NCBI GenBank assembly: GCA_963718665.1
Contig: OY970359.1
Coordinates: forward strand, 160,001 to 224,000
Direction: 5' to 3'
Source of the DNA: an uncultured Phycisphaerales bacterium
GTDB lineage: Bacteria; Planctomycetota; Phycisphaerae; Sedimentisphaerales; Anaerobacaceae
DNA length: 64,000 nucleotides
Position 1 is the stretch's first letter. Each line of letters starts with the position of its first letter. The translations under genes and the position numbers were made by a program. This document shows positions 1-10,083 of this stretch, piece after piece. The notes below the pieces were generated by a model, which saw only the letters and a program-made list of their open reading frames with translations, did not search any database and was not told the origin of the DNA.

Positions 1-1325
1 GAATGAATAGAACCAATGACAAAATCAATCTGGGCCAGTAATTTATCATCATAATCAAGCGAGCCATCCGCGAGGATATCGACCTCCGTGCCAACCAAAA
101 CGGTAACGCCTTTGAGCCGGTCGTTGAGTTTGCGAATCCGCTCGATTTGCTTAGCCAGACGAGCAGGTGATAAGCCGTTGGCAATCGCGACGAAAGGCGA
201 ATGGTCCGTTATGCAGATGTATTGATAGCCCTTTTGCTTGGCAGCATTGACTAATTCCTCAATCTCACAGGAGCCGTCCGAGGCCGTCGTGTGCATGTGC
301 AAATCGCCTTTTATGTCCTCAAGGCGCACCAAATCGGGGAGTTTATGCTTTTGGGCCGCTTCGATTTCGCCCCTGTCCTCTCTTAACATCGGCTCAACGT
401 AATCGAGTCCGAGTTTTTTATAAATTTCGTTTTCCGTCTCGCCGGCTATCATTTTTTTGCCGCGGAACAGACCATATTCGTTCAGTTTCAGTTTCGCCTT
501 GACCGCTATCTCACGCAATCGCACGTTGTGCTGTTTCGAGCCAGTGAAATACTGCCAGGCAGCACCGAAACTCTTATCCGGCACAACGCGCACATCGACA
601 TGAACGGGACAACTATTTGTTTTTATGATTGCCGCTCCTTTGGTGTCCCCTGCTGCGATAACCTCCTGCACGAATTCCGCTCCGACAAAAGTATCGATAA
701 TTTTTTTGCCTTCCTTTGCGGCGACAAGAATATCGACATCGCCTATGGTTTCGGCGCACCGGCGGAGTGAGCCGGCATACTCTATTTTTTTGATGCCGGG
801 TAAACCCTTAAGAAACTCAATCACGATAGTTGCCGCGTTAAACGCCTGATCTAATCGAATTCTTCCCGTTGATTTTTCGAGGAACTTAATGCCTTTGGCA
901 ATAATCGCCGCTTTTTTATCGCCGAAACCGGTCAGTTCCGCTAATTTGCCGGTCTCAATCGCCGCTTTCAAATCAGCGATACTTTTGACCTTGAGGTTTT
1001 CATAAACCGCCTTGACGCCCTTTGGCCCCATCCCCGGTATTTTTAACAGCTCCAATAGCGTTTGTGGAATGTTCTTCAAAAGCTCCTGATGAGCCGTAAT
1101 TTTGTCTGTCTTTATGAATTCCTCGATTTTCGCTAATGACGATTTCCCGATTCCCGGCGTCTCCGCCAATTTCCCCGCCGCTAACATTTCTTCGATATCC
1201 GTCGGCATATCACCGATGACTCGTGCGACCTTGCGATAGCTGTTGATGCGGAATCTGTCCTCGCCGAGGATTTCCATCACGTCCGCCATCTCAGAAAACA
1301 ATTCACTTATCGCCGCGTTCTTCAT
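1..1325 (-). CDS. polX: DNA polymerase X family / PHP-domain protein (3' end beyond window edge)
   Basis: Manual translation from ATG at 1325 gives MKNAAISELFSEMADVMEILGEDRFRINSYRKVAR. HhH motifs (TPGIGKS, IPGMGPK), GSLRRCAETIGDVDIL, YFTGSKQHNVRLR and PHP DLHMHT follow. Missing from the ORF track because it runs off the edge. Confidence 0.93.
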   Translation of the reverse strand, partial: MKNAAISELFSEMADVMEILGEDRFRINSYRKVARVIGDMPTDIEEMLAAGKLAETPGIGKSSLAKIEEFIKTDKITAHQELLKNIPQTLLELLKIPGMGPKGVKAVYENLKVKSIADLKAAIETGKLAELTGFGDKKAAIIAKGIKFLEKSTGRIRLDQAFNAATIVIEFLKGLPGIKKIEYAGSLRRCAETIGDVDILVAAKEGKKIIDTFVGAEFVQEVIAAGDTKGAAIIKTNSCPVHVDVRVVPDKSFGAAWQYFTGSKQHNVRLREIAVKAKLKLNEYGLFRGKKMIAGETENEIYKKLGLDYVEPMLREDRGEIEAAQKHKLPDLVRLEDIKGDLHMHTTASDGSCEIEELVNAAKQKGYQYICITDHSPFVAIANGLSPARLAKQIERIRKLNDRLKGVTVLVGTEVDILADGSLDYDDKLLAQIDFVIGSIH

Positions 1326-1328
1326 TGT

Positions 1329-2231
1329 TTATTCGCCAAACTCCCATCCGGCTAATCTGTCTATATAATAATCGAGTAGCGAGCAATATCTGAATGCGAG
1401 TTTAGTGTTCTTTTCTTCCTTATATCTGGCTTGTTCAGATTTGACAAAGTTAAACCCCTTAATGACTAAATCTTTTAATTCTCGTAGATTTTGGTCGCCA
1501 AATAAATCACGCAAACTATGAATGTTGAGGAAATCTACGATTGGAATACCATCTTGATCCTCGATAATAAAAGATAAACATATGTCTGCTATTTTCCTAT
1601 TTATCAAATGAAAAGGGTCGTCACGTATGTCATTTTTCCACGAAATAAGATATTTTTTAAGCTCTTCACCTATGACTATCCGTGGGTACTGAGCAACTCT
1701 CTCTGCTATATCATATGCCCCATAAAGTGCCGAACCATATATTCCAAATTCGGGCCAATCGGCAGCTATTCCAATTTCGATACCTCCACGTAGAGGGATA
1801 CCTGCCTGCAATCCCACTATCATAATAGTAGCGCACCCACCTAGCATCATCATTGATGAAGAAAGGTTAAGAATACCCTGTGAGTTTGAAAGATTGCTAT
1901 AAAAAATCATCGCATCACCAAAGTGTTGCGACCGTATATCAGACTGATCCATATTCTTTAGGATATCTTTTTGTTCGGAAGATAAAATACTATGCCATGC
2001 AGACGATTGTTTGTGAATCGCTGAATTGAAATAATGTTCTAATGTCTGTCGTGTATTATGAACTCTTCCATACGTATCTTTAAGACTTCTCATAAGCTCA
2101 TCTGTCTTACCTTCACCAAGAAGTACTTTAGGAAGTTTTGCTAAACATTCTTTCTGACCAAGAACATCAATATAAGTAACTATATGATTGCATACCTTGA
2201 TATCATGTTGTTTTGGAGGATTATCCGTCAT
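1329..2231 (-). CDS. Class III nucleotide-cyclase-like protein, AT-rich singleton
   Basis: Motifs YIDVLG, FGDAMI, PLRGGIEIG and YGSALYGAY..AERVAQYPRIVI resemble the two-Asp cyclase core. Visibly more AT-rich than its flanks. Confidence 0.6.
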   Translation of the reverse strand: MTDNPPKQHDIKVCNHIVTYIDVLGQKECLAKLPKVLLGEGKTDELMRSLKDTYGRVHNTRQTLEHYFNSAIHKQSSAWHSILSSEQKDILKNMDQSDIRSQHFGDAMIFYSNLSNSQGILNLSSSMMMLGGCATIMIVGLQAGIPLRGGIEIGIAADWPEFGIYGSALYGAYDIAERVAQYPRIVIGEELKKYLISWKNDIRDDPFHLINRKIADICLSFIIEDQDGIPIVDFLNIHSLRDLFGDQNLRELKDLVIKGFNFVKSEQARYKEEKNTKLAFRYCSLLDYYIDRLAGWEFGE

Positions 2232-2272
2232 ATCAATTCTTTAATTCCTTTCCTAAAAAAATATAGTTAGTA

Positions 2273-3292
2273 CTATTTTATCATATTACCAATTTTCAAC
2301 ACACCTGCGGCTTTCAGTTTAGATTGTTTTATCCGCAACAAAACTTCATTGGCCTGCTCAAGGGGGAATTCTTCTATTGTGGGGACAATTGGAATCTGGG
2401 CGGCTAATGGCAAAAACTCCTCGGCATCCCTGCGAGTTACATTTGCGACGCTTTTGATTTCTTTTTCCAGCCAGAGGTATTCAGCGTAATCGAGGGCGGG
2501 GATGGGCGTTTCTTTGCGAATAGCGTTTATGACTAATCGCCCGCCACGGTTAAGAATCTTGAGCGCATCGCGGACACATTCCCCTACTGGAGTAAAATCC
2601 ATAATCTTGTCAAGTTTGACAGGTGGAATATCCCCTGACAGTCCTGTCCAGGCCGCACCTAAGGATTTTGCCAGCTCCGCGTGTCCGCCGGTCTTGGAAA
2701 ATGTAAATACGGGATTATCGGGGAATTTGTGTTTTATGATTTGAATGACGATATGTGCCGACGCCCCGAAACCGTATAGGCCTATTGTTTCGCCTTTTTG
2801 GATATCCGCAAGTCGCAAAGTGCGATAGCCGATGACACCGGCGCACAATAATGGTGCTGCCTGTGAATCGGTGAACCGCTTGGGAATCGGGTATGCGTAA
2901 TTCTCGTTTATGACCATATATTCCGCGTAGCCGCCGTTAGCGTCCTTACCGGTCCATTTCGCCTTCTCGCAAAGGTTCTCCTCACCCTTTTTACAGAAAT
3001 CGCATTGTCCGCAGGAACTGTAAAGCCAGGTAACGCCCACCCTGTCGCCGACTTTATGCTTACTTACACCTTTGCCCAACTCCGAAACCATCCCCACCAC
3101 TTGATGCCCCGGCACAACTGGTAATTTCGTCGGCAATCTGCCTTCGGCCTCATCCAAATCGGTATGGCACGCCCCGCAAACCGAAACCTTTATGAGTATC
3201 TCCCTTTCTTTTGGTTTCGGTATGGGCAATTCAACCAAAGTCAATGGTTTGCTTTCTATGGGGCCGGTCTTAGTCAAAACAATTGCTTTCAT
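2273..3292 (-). CDS. Zinc-dependent alcohol dehydrogenase
   Basis: CGACHTD, PGHQVVG, structural Zn motif CGQCDFC..GEENLC, GLYGFGASA. Confidence 0.92.
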   Translation of the reverse strand: MKAIVLTKTGPIESKPLTLVELPIPKPKEREILIKVSVCGACHTDLDEAEGRLPTKLPVVPGHQVVGMVSELGKGVSKHKVGDRVGVTWLYSSCGQCDFCKKGEENLCEKAKWTGKDANGGYAEYMVINENYAYPIPKRFTDSQAAPLLCAGVIGYRTLRLADIQKGETIGLYGFGASAHIVIQIIKHKFPDNPVFTFSKTGGHAELAKSLGAAWTGLSGDIPPVKLDKIMDFTPVGECVRDALKILNRGGRLVINAIRKETPIPALDYAEYLWLEKEIKSVANVTRRDAEEFLPLAAQIPIVPTIEEFPLEQANEVLLRIKQSKLKAAGVLKIGNMIK

Positions 3293-3819
3293 TTCGCAAT
3301 TTCCTGTTTGAGTCGATTTTCAAAAATCAGGTAACTGTCGCTGCCAAACAAGCAAAAGACAACTTTTTTCAAACTCGTTTTACCTTTGAGGTATTCGATT
3401 GTTGTCCGTAACATAATTTCGGCGCACCTGTCAATCGGGAAACCGAATATACCTGCGCTTATGGCTGGGAAGGCAATGCTCCTGAGATTATGTTTATCCG
3501 CCAGTTTAAGCGAATTCAGCGTCGCATTTTTGAGTTTATTATCTTCGTCGCCTTCCCTCATCCTTGGACCAACAGCGTGAATAACGTATTTGGCCCTGAG
3601 TTTGCCGCCCGTGGTGATTACCGCCCCGCCAACGAATGTCCCGCCTATTTTATTGCACTCCTGCTGAATCGTAGGCCCGCCTTTTCGTCTTATCGCGCCC
3701 GCGACTCCGCCGCCCAGAATCAATTGTGCATCAGCAGCGTTTACGATTGCGTCGGTATCCATCTCGGTGATGTCGCCGTCAATAAGTTCAAGAACGGTAT
3801 TTGCAATATCCGCCTTCAT
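3289..3819 (-). CDS. Macro-domain protein (O-acetyl-ADP-ribose deacetylase-like)
   Basis: GDITEMDTDAIVNAA, GGGVAGAI, VIHAVGP, SIAFPAISAGIFGFP. Confidence 0.92.
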   Translation of the reverse strand: MKADIANTVLELIDGDITEMDTDAIVNAADAQLILGGGVAGAIRRKGGPTIQQECNKIGGTFVGGAVITTGGKLRAKYVIHAVGPRMREGDEDNKLKNATLNSLKLADKHNLRSIAFPAISAGIFGFPIDRCAEIMLRTTIEYLKGKTSLKKVVFCLFGSDSYLIFENRLKQEIAK

Positions 3820-3945
3820 AATATGCCTATAGATTACTTACGAAACCACGAATTGGAAGCAAAAAAAACAAGGTGATAACGGGAATCAAGCCCGGCACGA
3901 ACAGGTATTTCGCAGGTTGATATGAATGGGTAATTTGTAGATAAA

Positions 3946-4019
3946 AGGCGACGGTGGGAATCGAACCCACGAATAACGGTTTTGCAAACCGTCCCCTTAG
4001 GCCGCTTGGGTACGTCGCC
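3946..4019 (-). tRNA. tRNA-Cys(GCA), CCA not encoded
   Basis: Reverse complement GGCGACGTACCCAAGCGGCCTAAGGGGACGGTTTGCAAAACCGTTATTCGTGGGTTCGATTCCCACCGTCGCCT folds as a cloverleaf: acceptor GGCGACG/CGTCGCC, anticodon arm ACGGT-TTGCAAA-ACCGT, T loop TTCGATT. Confidence 0.95.
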
Positions 4020-4120
4020 AAAATCGAATTTTAATCTACTAATATATGCGCGATTTTGCAACTAAAATTTCGTGATGCTTCGTCTTAAATTACTCGCCGG
4101 CCAATCCGGGAATAGGCCGT

Positions 4121-5512
4121 TTAACCTGCTTTAGGCGGCTGGTGAACGCTAAGGCCGAAAGCATCTTCCCACGCTTCTTTGAGGACTTCGGAAACGGTCG
4201 GGTGCGGAAAGCTAACAGAGTGAAAATTTTCGGTTGAACCAATGAGCATCCGGGCGCCAGCCAAAAGCTCGGTAACCTTTGCGCCGACCATAGTAACGCC
4301 CAATATCTTATTATTTGCCTTCTCACGAACGACCCTGATTTCGCCGGCGGTCTCATTGTGGGCCAAGCTTCTGCCGTTGGCCCTGAAAAAGCCCCTGCCG
4401 ACGGCAATATCGATACCTTCCTTTACGCATTTTTCTTCGGATTTGCCAACCGAGGCAATTTCGGGGAAAGTATAGACGGCCCTCGGTATAAGTGAATAGT
4501 CGCCTATTGTTGAGTTGCCGCCCAAAAGGTTATCCGCAACGACCTCCGCTTCGGCAAACGCACCGTGCGCCAGATATGTCGTGCCGACCACGTCGCCTAT
4601 GGCATAAACACCGGGGATGTTCGTCTGCATCCTGTCGTTGACCTTTATCGCAGGGCCATTGGTCTGTAATTTCAGGTTGTCGATGGTTTGCCTGTCGCAG
4701 GCCGCTTTTCTACCTATGGCTACGAGGACCTTTTCAGTTTCAAGGGTTTGCCCCGACTGCAAAACTACTTTTGCCACATTACCTGCCTTGCCAACCGCTG
4801 TAACCATCTGGCCGGTTAAAACCGTGATGCCAAGTTTTTTGAATTCGCGTTCCAGAAGCCGGCTGACCCATTTGTCTTCGGTGTTAATGATTCGCTCGAG
4901 CGCCTCGACGATTACGACTTTTGTTCCGATGGCCGCGTAAACGCAGGCAAGTTCGCAGCCGATAATGCCGCCGCCCACGATTACCATTGACGCCGGAATT
5001 GCCGGTAACGATAACGCCTCTGTGCTGCTGATAATGGTTTGTCCGTCAAATGGGAATGCCGGTATTTCAACAGGTATTGAGCCGGTAGCGACTATGATGC
5101 CCTTTATGGCGTTGATTTCTATTTGCCCTGTATGGGTTTCAACGATGACCACCTTCGGCGAAGAAACAATGGCCGTCCCCGCAAATATCTTAATTTTGTT
5201 TGCCTGCAGAAGACCGGAGAGCCCTTTCCTGGAACCTGAGACGATTGCGTCTTTGCGCTGCTGCATTTTTACCCAGTTTGGCGAGACCGATGGTATATCG
5301 ATACCCATGACGCCTGCGTTTTTCGCCTGCAGCAGGACCTCCACAGAAGCAAGCAGCGCCTTTGAGGGGATACAGCCGCGATTCAGACAGGTACCACCCG
5401 TCTCGGCCTTTTCGATAATTGCGACCGATGTGCCTTTTTGCGCACATCGGATCGCCACGTAATAACCGCCCGGCCCCGAGCCAATTACAACAACGTCAAA
5501 TATCTCTGCCAT
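4121..5512 (-). CDS. lpdA: Dihydrolipoyl dehydrogenase
   Basis: VIGSGPGG, GGTCLNRGCIPSK redox disulfide, C-terminal HPTVSE. Confidence 0.93.
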   Translation of the reverse strand: MAEIFDVVVIGSGPGGYYVAIRCAQKGTSVAIIEKAETGGTCLNRGCIPSKALLASVEVLLQAKNAGVMGIDIPSVSPNWVKMQQRKDAIVSGSRKGLSGLLQANKIKIFAGTAIVSSPKVVIVETHTGQIEINAIKGIIVATGSIPVEIPAFPFDGQTIISSTEALSLPAIPASMVIVGGGIIGCELACVYAAIGTKVVIVEALERIINTEDKWVSRLLEREFKKLGITVLTGQMVTAVGKAGNVAKVVLQSGQTLETEKVLVAIGRKAACDRQTIDNLKLQTNGPAIKVNDRMQTNIPGVYAIGDVVGTTYLAHGAFAEAEVVADNLLGGNSTIGDYSLIPRAVYTFPEIASVGKSEEKCVKEGIDIAVGRGFFRANGRSLAHNETAGEIRVVREKANNKILGVTMVGAKVTELLAGARMLIGSTENFHSVSFPHPTVSEVLKEAWEDAFGLSVHQPPKAG

Positions 5513-5733
5513 TTACATCGCTCCAGTTTTTAAGACATTCCGCAGTCGCAACGGATACCTTATCTTTGTCTTCGCCATAAGCCCCGGCTGATACCATACC
5601 CATCGCCTCTCCCCAAAAGCAAATGTATTTTATCTTTTATGCAGGATTGAACAAGGGAAATCAGGCAACAGGAATAACGCCTTTATGGGAAAGCAAACCG
5701 AAACTTGTCTGCTGCGGGCCGAATCAGGAAAAA

Positions 5734-6978
5734 CTAAACTTTTCCGAAAACGACGCAGGCATTGTGTCCGCCAAAACCGAAGGAGTTGCTCATCGCGACG
5801 CCGACTTTGTGTTCCCTGGCTTTCAAAGGCACAAAATCCATCTTCGCGTCGCAACGCTCGTCCACGTTATCGAGGTTAATCGTGGGCGGGACAATCGATT
5901 TCTTAATAGCCTGGGCACACACTATCATCTCGACGGCTGCGCTTGCCCCAAGCAAATGCCCGTGCGCGCCCTTCGTCGAACTTACCATCACTTTATACGC
6001 GTGCGGTCCAAACACAGTCCTGATTGCCGAGCTTTCCGCGATATCGTTCAATTCAGTTCCGGTCCCGTGGGCATTGACGTAATCGACCTTATCGGGCGAC
6101 ACCTGCGCGTCTTTTAACGCAAACTCCATCGCCTTGGCCGCCCCCGCCCCATCCGACAGAGGCGCGGTAATATGATTCCCGTCGTCGGTCGCCCCGTATC
6201 CCAGCACTTCCGCGTATATCGTGGCCCCGCGTTTCTTCGCATGCTCGTATTCTTCGAGAACCGCTATGCCTGCGCCTTCTGAAAGCACAAATCCGTCCCT
6301 GTCCTTGTCGAAAGGCCTCGATGCCTGTGCGGGACTGTCGTTTCGCAAGCTAAGCGACCTTGCAGCGCAAAAACTCGCTAATCCTAACGGCGTTAGTGCC
6401 GCTTCAGTTCCGCCCGTTATCACCATGTCGCTGCGGCCCGCCACTATATTACAAAACGCCTCGCCAATCGCGTGGTTGCTGCTGGCGCATGCGCTTGATA
6501 CGCAGAAATTCGGTCCGCGCAGGCCATACTGTATCGCGATATTGCCCGCCGCGGCGTTGGCCATAAGACGCGGAACCGTAAACGGCGAAATCCTCATCGG
6601 CGCCTTTTTCAAAAGTATAAGGTGCTGTTCCTCGATTTCTTTTATGCCGCCGATACCCGTTCCGACTATGACGCCCATCCGGTACGGGTCTTCCTTGCTG
6701 AAATCCAGCCCGCTTTCCTTTACCGCCTGAATTGCCGCGGAAACCGCAAACTGGGAAAATCGGTCCATCCGCTTGCTTTCGCGGAAGTCGATATATTTGG
6801 TAACGTCGAAATGCTTGATTTCGCCGCCGAAGTGAACCGGATACGCGGTAGTATCGAACGACTCTATCGTCGCGATACCACTTTTACCATGGCAAAGCGC
6901 CCCAAAAAACTCGTCAGCGGTTTCTCCCAAGGCGGTAATGCAGCCCAGACCTGTAATTACGACTCTTCGTCTGCTCAT
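5734..6978 (-). CDS. fabF: Beta-ketoacyl-ACP synthase II
   Basis: RVVITGLG, SACASS, NAHGTGT, KGAHGHLLG, SNSFGFGGHN; directly downstream of acpP. Confidence 0.96.
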   Translation of the reverse strand: MSRRRVVITGLGCITALGETADEFFGALCHGKSGIATIESFDTTAYPVHFGGEIKHFDVTKYIDFRESKRMDRFSQFAVSAAIQAVKESGLDFSKEDPYRMGVIVGTGIGGIKEIEEQHLILLKKAPMRISPFTVPRLMANAAAGNIAIQYGLRGPNFCVSSACASSNHAIGEAFCNIVAGRSDMVITGGTEAALTPLGLASFCAARSLSLRNDSPAQASRPFDKDRDGFVLSEGAGIAVLEEYEHAKKRGATIYAEVLGYGATDDGNHITAPLSDGAGAAKAMEFALKDAQVSPDKVDYVNAHGTGTELNDIAESSAIRTVFGPHAYKVMVSSTKGAHGHLLGASAAVEMIVCAQAIKKSIVPPTINLDNVDERCDAKMDFVPLKAREHKVGVAMSNSFGFGGHNACVVFGKV

Positions 6979-6990
6979 TTTCTATAGCTG

Positions 6991-7260
6991 CTATTTCTTC
7001 TTTGCCGCCTTGCCCACGTTTACTATGTAATCAACCGCCGCTCCGACCGTCTGTATCTTCTCAGCTTCCTCGTCGGGAATGCTCATTCCGAACTCGTCCT
7101 CGAATTCCATTACCAGCTCGACTGTATCCAGCGAGTCGGCATTCAGGTCGTTTATGAAGGAAGTTTCGCGGCTGATTTCCGCTTTATCAACGCCCATCTG
7201 CTCACTAATTATCTCTATTACCTTTTGCTCTACTACCTGGACATCTATATCAGCACTCAC
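6991..7260 (-). CDS. acpP: Acyl carrier protein
   Basis: [23 protein letters not shown] start at 7260 with GGAGG RBS. Confidence 0.96.
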   Translation of the reverse strand: MSADIDVQVVEQKVIEIISEQMGVDKAEISRETSFINDLNADSLDTVELVMEFEDEFGMSIPDEEAEKIQTVGAAVDYIVNVGKAAKKK

Positions 7261-7542
7261 TTGCTTGTCCTCCAAAAACAACGTTTTTTTACATAAACAA
7301 ACTGTTTACCAGCGGATTCACATCTCAACGCTGCGCCATCCGATGACGGTCGGGTGGTATAATAACTGCCTGAAGCCCTATCGACAACCATTTTTTTTGA
7401 ATTTTTTTGGAAAAAATAACCGCCAGCTAATAATTCATAACAATTGGCTGGTGTCAACCACCAACAGACGCTTTCAGGCAAATTCTCAATTTACCCTTGC
7501 GGTTTGGGCGAGAAAAGTCAAAATAGGCCAAATAGCGTTGAT

Positions 7543-9444
7543 ATGGATAATCTCAATACGAACAACCAGGCGGGCAATCACTTTGCCGATTCCATAGATG
7601 TCAGGAAACACGGCTGGCTGCGCCGTCTTTTCGCCTTTATCGGGCCTGCCTATTTAGTCAGCGTCGGGTATATGGACCCGGGCAACTGGGCAACGGATAT
7701 CGAGGGTGGCGCACGATTCGGCTATTCGCTTATCTGGGTACTGCTGATGTCCAATCTTATGGCAGTCCTTTTGCAGACCCTTGCCGCCCGGCTGGGGGTT
7801 GTTACGGGCTTTGACCTGGCACAGGGCTGCCGACGGGAATATCCGAAGCGATTCAATCTCTTATTGTGGCTGCTGGCGGAAATCGCGATAGCCGCAACCG
7901 ATTTGGCGGAGGCACTTGGAACCATAATCGGGTTAAACCTGTTATTCAAACTGCCGCTGTTGTGGGGTTGCTTAATTACCGCGTGTGATACATTCCTGCT
8001 GTTGGTATTGCTGCGATTGGGCGTCCGCAAAATGGAGGCATTTATCGTATCGCTTGTGGCAGTCATAGGCGGCTGTTTTATATTGGAGGTATTCCTCGCG
8101 AAGCCGGAATGGTCAAGCATCGCCGCGGGATTTAAACCCAGTTTGAATTCGCAAAATTTATACATTGCCATCGGTATGATTGGCGCAACGGTTATGCCTC
8201 ACAACCTTTACCTGCATTCCTGCCTGGTACAGTCAAGACGGATATCTAAAACATTCACCGGCAGGGAGCAGGCGTGCAAATTCAATTTCCTCGATTCAAC
8301 CATAGCATTAAATTTGGCGTTTTTCGTCAACGCGGCTATCTTGATTATGGCGGCAGCCAATTTTTACAGCAGAGGCATCGAAGTTACCCAGATTCAGCAG
8401 GCACACAATTTATTAGATACTATTTTAGGCAGTAGTATCGCTCCCATCGCCTTTGCGATTGCCCTGATTGCCTCGGGCCAAAGCTCAACTCTCACAGGCA
8501 CAATATCAGGACAGATTGTTATGGAGGGCTTCCTGAACATTAAAATGCGTCCCTGGCTGAGAAGGATGATGACACGCGGTATCGCCCTTGTGCCCGCGGT
8601 TATAGTAATCGCAATAGCAGGTAATGAAGGAACGTATCAGCTGCTGATTTTCTCGCAGGTTGTGCTCAGTTTGCAACTGCCCTTCGCGATTATACCGCTG
8701 ATTCATTTCACTTCCGACAAAAAGAAAATGGGCACGTTCGCCAATAATCTGCCCGTAAAAATCGCTGTATGGGTTGTGGCAGGGATTATCGTGGCGTTGA
8801 ATTTGAAATTAGTTTATGATGAATTTATGGTTTGGGGCAGCTCATCACAATGGCTTTGGTTGGTTCTTGCTCCACTTGCACTTTTGCTGATTGGTTTGCT
8901 TGGCGCTATCACGTTTTTGCCGCTGTTCCGCAAAGGCACAGCGTGGACAACAACGGACGACCAAGCCGGCGAGAGGTTAGCGAAACAAATCAAACCAATG
9001 ACCATCAAACACGTCGGCGTCGCACTTGAGCATACCGAAGGAGACGCAAAAATCATCTCCGCCGCTATCACTATTGCTAAAAGCCACAATGCAAATATCA
9101 CGCTGGTTCACGTCGTCGATACCCCCGGCGTAATGGTTTACGGCAACGAAAGTGAAAGCGCTCACAGCACAAATGACCGGGCATATCTCGAACAATTAGC
9201 GGAAGAAATCGCGGAGAGGGAATTTCAGGTGAACACTGATTTGCGCTTCGGCAGGCCAGTCGAGGAGCTTGTCAAATCCGTCAAGGCGAACGGCTTTGAC
9301 CTTTTAGTGCTCGGTTCCCACGGCCACCGCCTTATGGGCGATATCATATATGGCGAAACCGTTGACAGCGTCCGCCACGCAATCAATATCCCCGTCTTTG
9401 TCGTCCGGACGCATAACCAGGAACATCCGCAAAGCGACCACTGA
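7543..9444 (+). CDS. mntH: Nramp divalent metal (Mn) transporter fused to a C-terminal universal stress protein domain
   Basis: GYMDPGNW and MPHNLYLHS Nramp motifs; C-terminal DLLVLGSHGH..G USP motif. Start uncertain. Confidence 0.9.
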   Translation: MDNLNTNNQAGNHFADSIDVRKHGWLRRLFAFIGPAYLVSVGYMDPGNWATDIEGGARFGYSLIWVLLMSNLMAVLLQTLAARLGVVTGFDLAQGCRREYPKRFNLLLWLLAEIAIAATDLAEALGTIIGLNLLFKLPLLWGCLITACDTFLLLVLLRLGVRKMEAFIVSLVAVIGGCFILEVFLAKPEWSSIAAGFKPSLNSQNLYIAIGMIGATVMPHNLYLHSCLVQSRRISKTFTGREQACKFNFLDSTIALNLAFFVNAAILIMAAANFYSRGIEVTQIQQAHNLLDTILGSSIAPIAFAIALIASGQSSTLTGTISGQIVMEGFLNIKMRPWLRRMMTRGIALVPAVIVIAIAGNEGTYQLLIFSQVVLSLQLPFAIIPLIHFTSDKKKMGTFANNLPVKIAVWVVAGIIVALNLKLVYDEFMVWGSSSQWLWLVLAPLALLLIGLLGAITFLPLFRKGTAWTTTDDQAGERLAKQIKPMTIKHVGVALEHTEGDAKIISAAITIAKSHNANITLVHVVDTPGVMVYGNESESAHSTNDRAYLEQLAEEIAEREFQVNTDLRFGRPVEELVKSVKANGFDLLVLGSHGHRLMGDIIYGETVDSVRHAINIPVFVVRTHNQEHPQSDH

Positions 9445-9473
9445 AGACAGAGGACAGATAACAGAAGACAGAA
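9445..9473 (+). repeat. Degenerate heptamer tandem tract after mntH stop
   Basis: AGACAGA GGACAGA TAACAGA AGACAGA. Confidence 0.75.
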
Positions 9474-9534
9474 AGGCAACAATGCAAAAATGTTGACATT
9501 CTATTACCCCTAAACTAAATTCATAGATTAGAGA

Positions 9535-9954
9535 ATGGATACTATCGGAATACAACTTAAACGATACCCATACGAAGAGCCATACCATTTAAATCTCGCT
9601 TTGTCTGCGAGTAACGGCCTTTTTGCAGGGCAGCTTGAATATTTCTGCAACGCAGATGATATAAAGAAAATCGGCACAACTCTTCAATCTTTCCCGAATA
9701 AAATCCCCGATGAGTATTTATATGAGATTGGATCGGCACAAAAGGGAAACAATTCTGCATATTATTTTGCGCTACACGCCTACACAACGGATATGAGTGG
9801 GCAGTGTGCCTTACAAATTGTTATTGATAACAATCGGGACAAACCCGATGAAGGGGCTTGTCGCTTTTCAATCAAAGCGGAACCATCAGCAATCAACCGT
9901 CTCGGTAAATTACTGCTGAGATTCTCAGAAATGAAGCATCAAACACTAAATTGA
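9535..9954 (+). CDS. Hypothetical protein, possibly extending to 9996 past a TGA
   Basis: 139-aa ORF with TTGACA upstream; the frame stays open for 13 codons after the TGA. Confidence 0.7.
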   Translation: MDTIGIQLKRYPYEEPYHLNLALSASNGLFAGQLEYFCNADDIKKIGTTLQSFPNKIPDEYLYEIGSAQKGNNSAYYFALHAYTTDMSGQCALQIVIDNNRDKPDEGACRFSIKAEPSAINRLGKLLLRFSEMKHQTLN

Positions 9955-10083
9955 TCGTTGTCGGGAGAGAACGATTGTCTGATTGAAAACGAATAAAAAT
10001 CTGCCGCTTTCGCTGTTCTGCCCAAAAACCAGAAATAACTTCAATCCGAATCAAACTAAAAACTCAAAACTAAGGACTTAACA

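Noticed and set aside
3820..4019. Island integrated at tRNA-Cys
   Set aside because: No integrase and no duplicated tRNA 3' end in the window; downstream genes are ordinary.
5496..5603. 35-aa ORF with a strong RBS overlapping the lpdA start (minus strand)
   Set aside because: No recognisable motif; it could be a remnant, but the support is insufficient.
7300..7542. yybP-ykoY Mn riboswitch before mntH
   Set aside because: No recognisable conserved motifs; the region looks like divergent promoters.
9952..9954. Selenocysteine or genetic-code reassignment at TGA
   Set aside because: TGA is a normal stop in many genes here (for example hemL and fabH), and no SECIS-like hairpin is evident.
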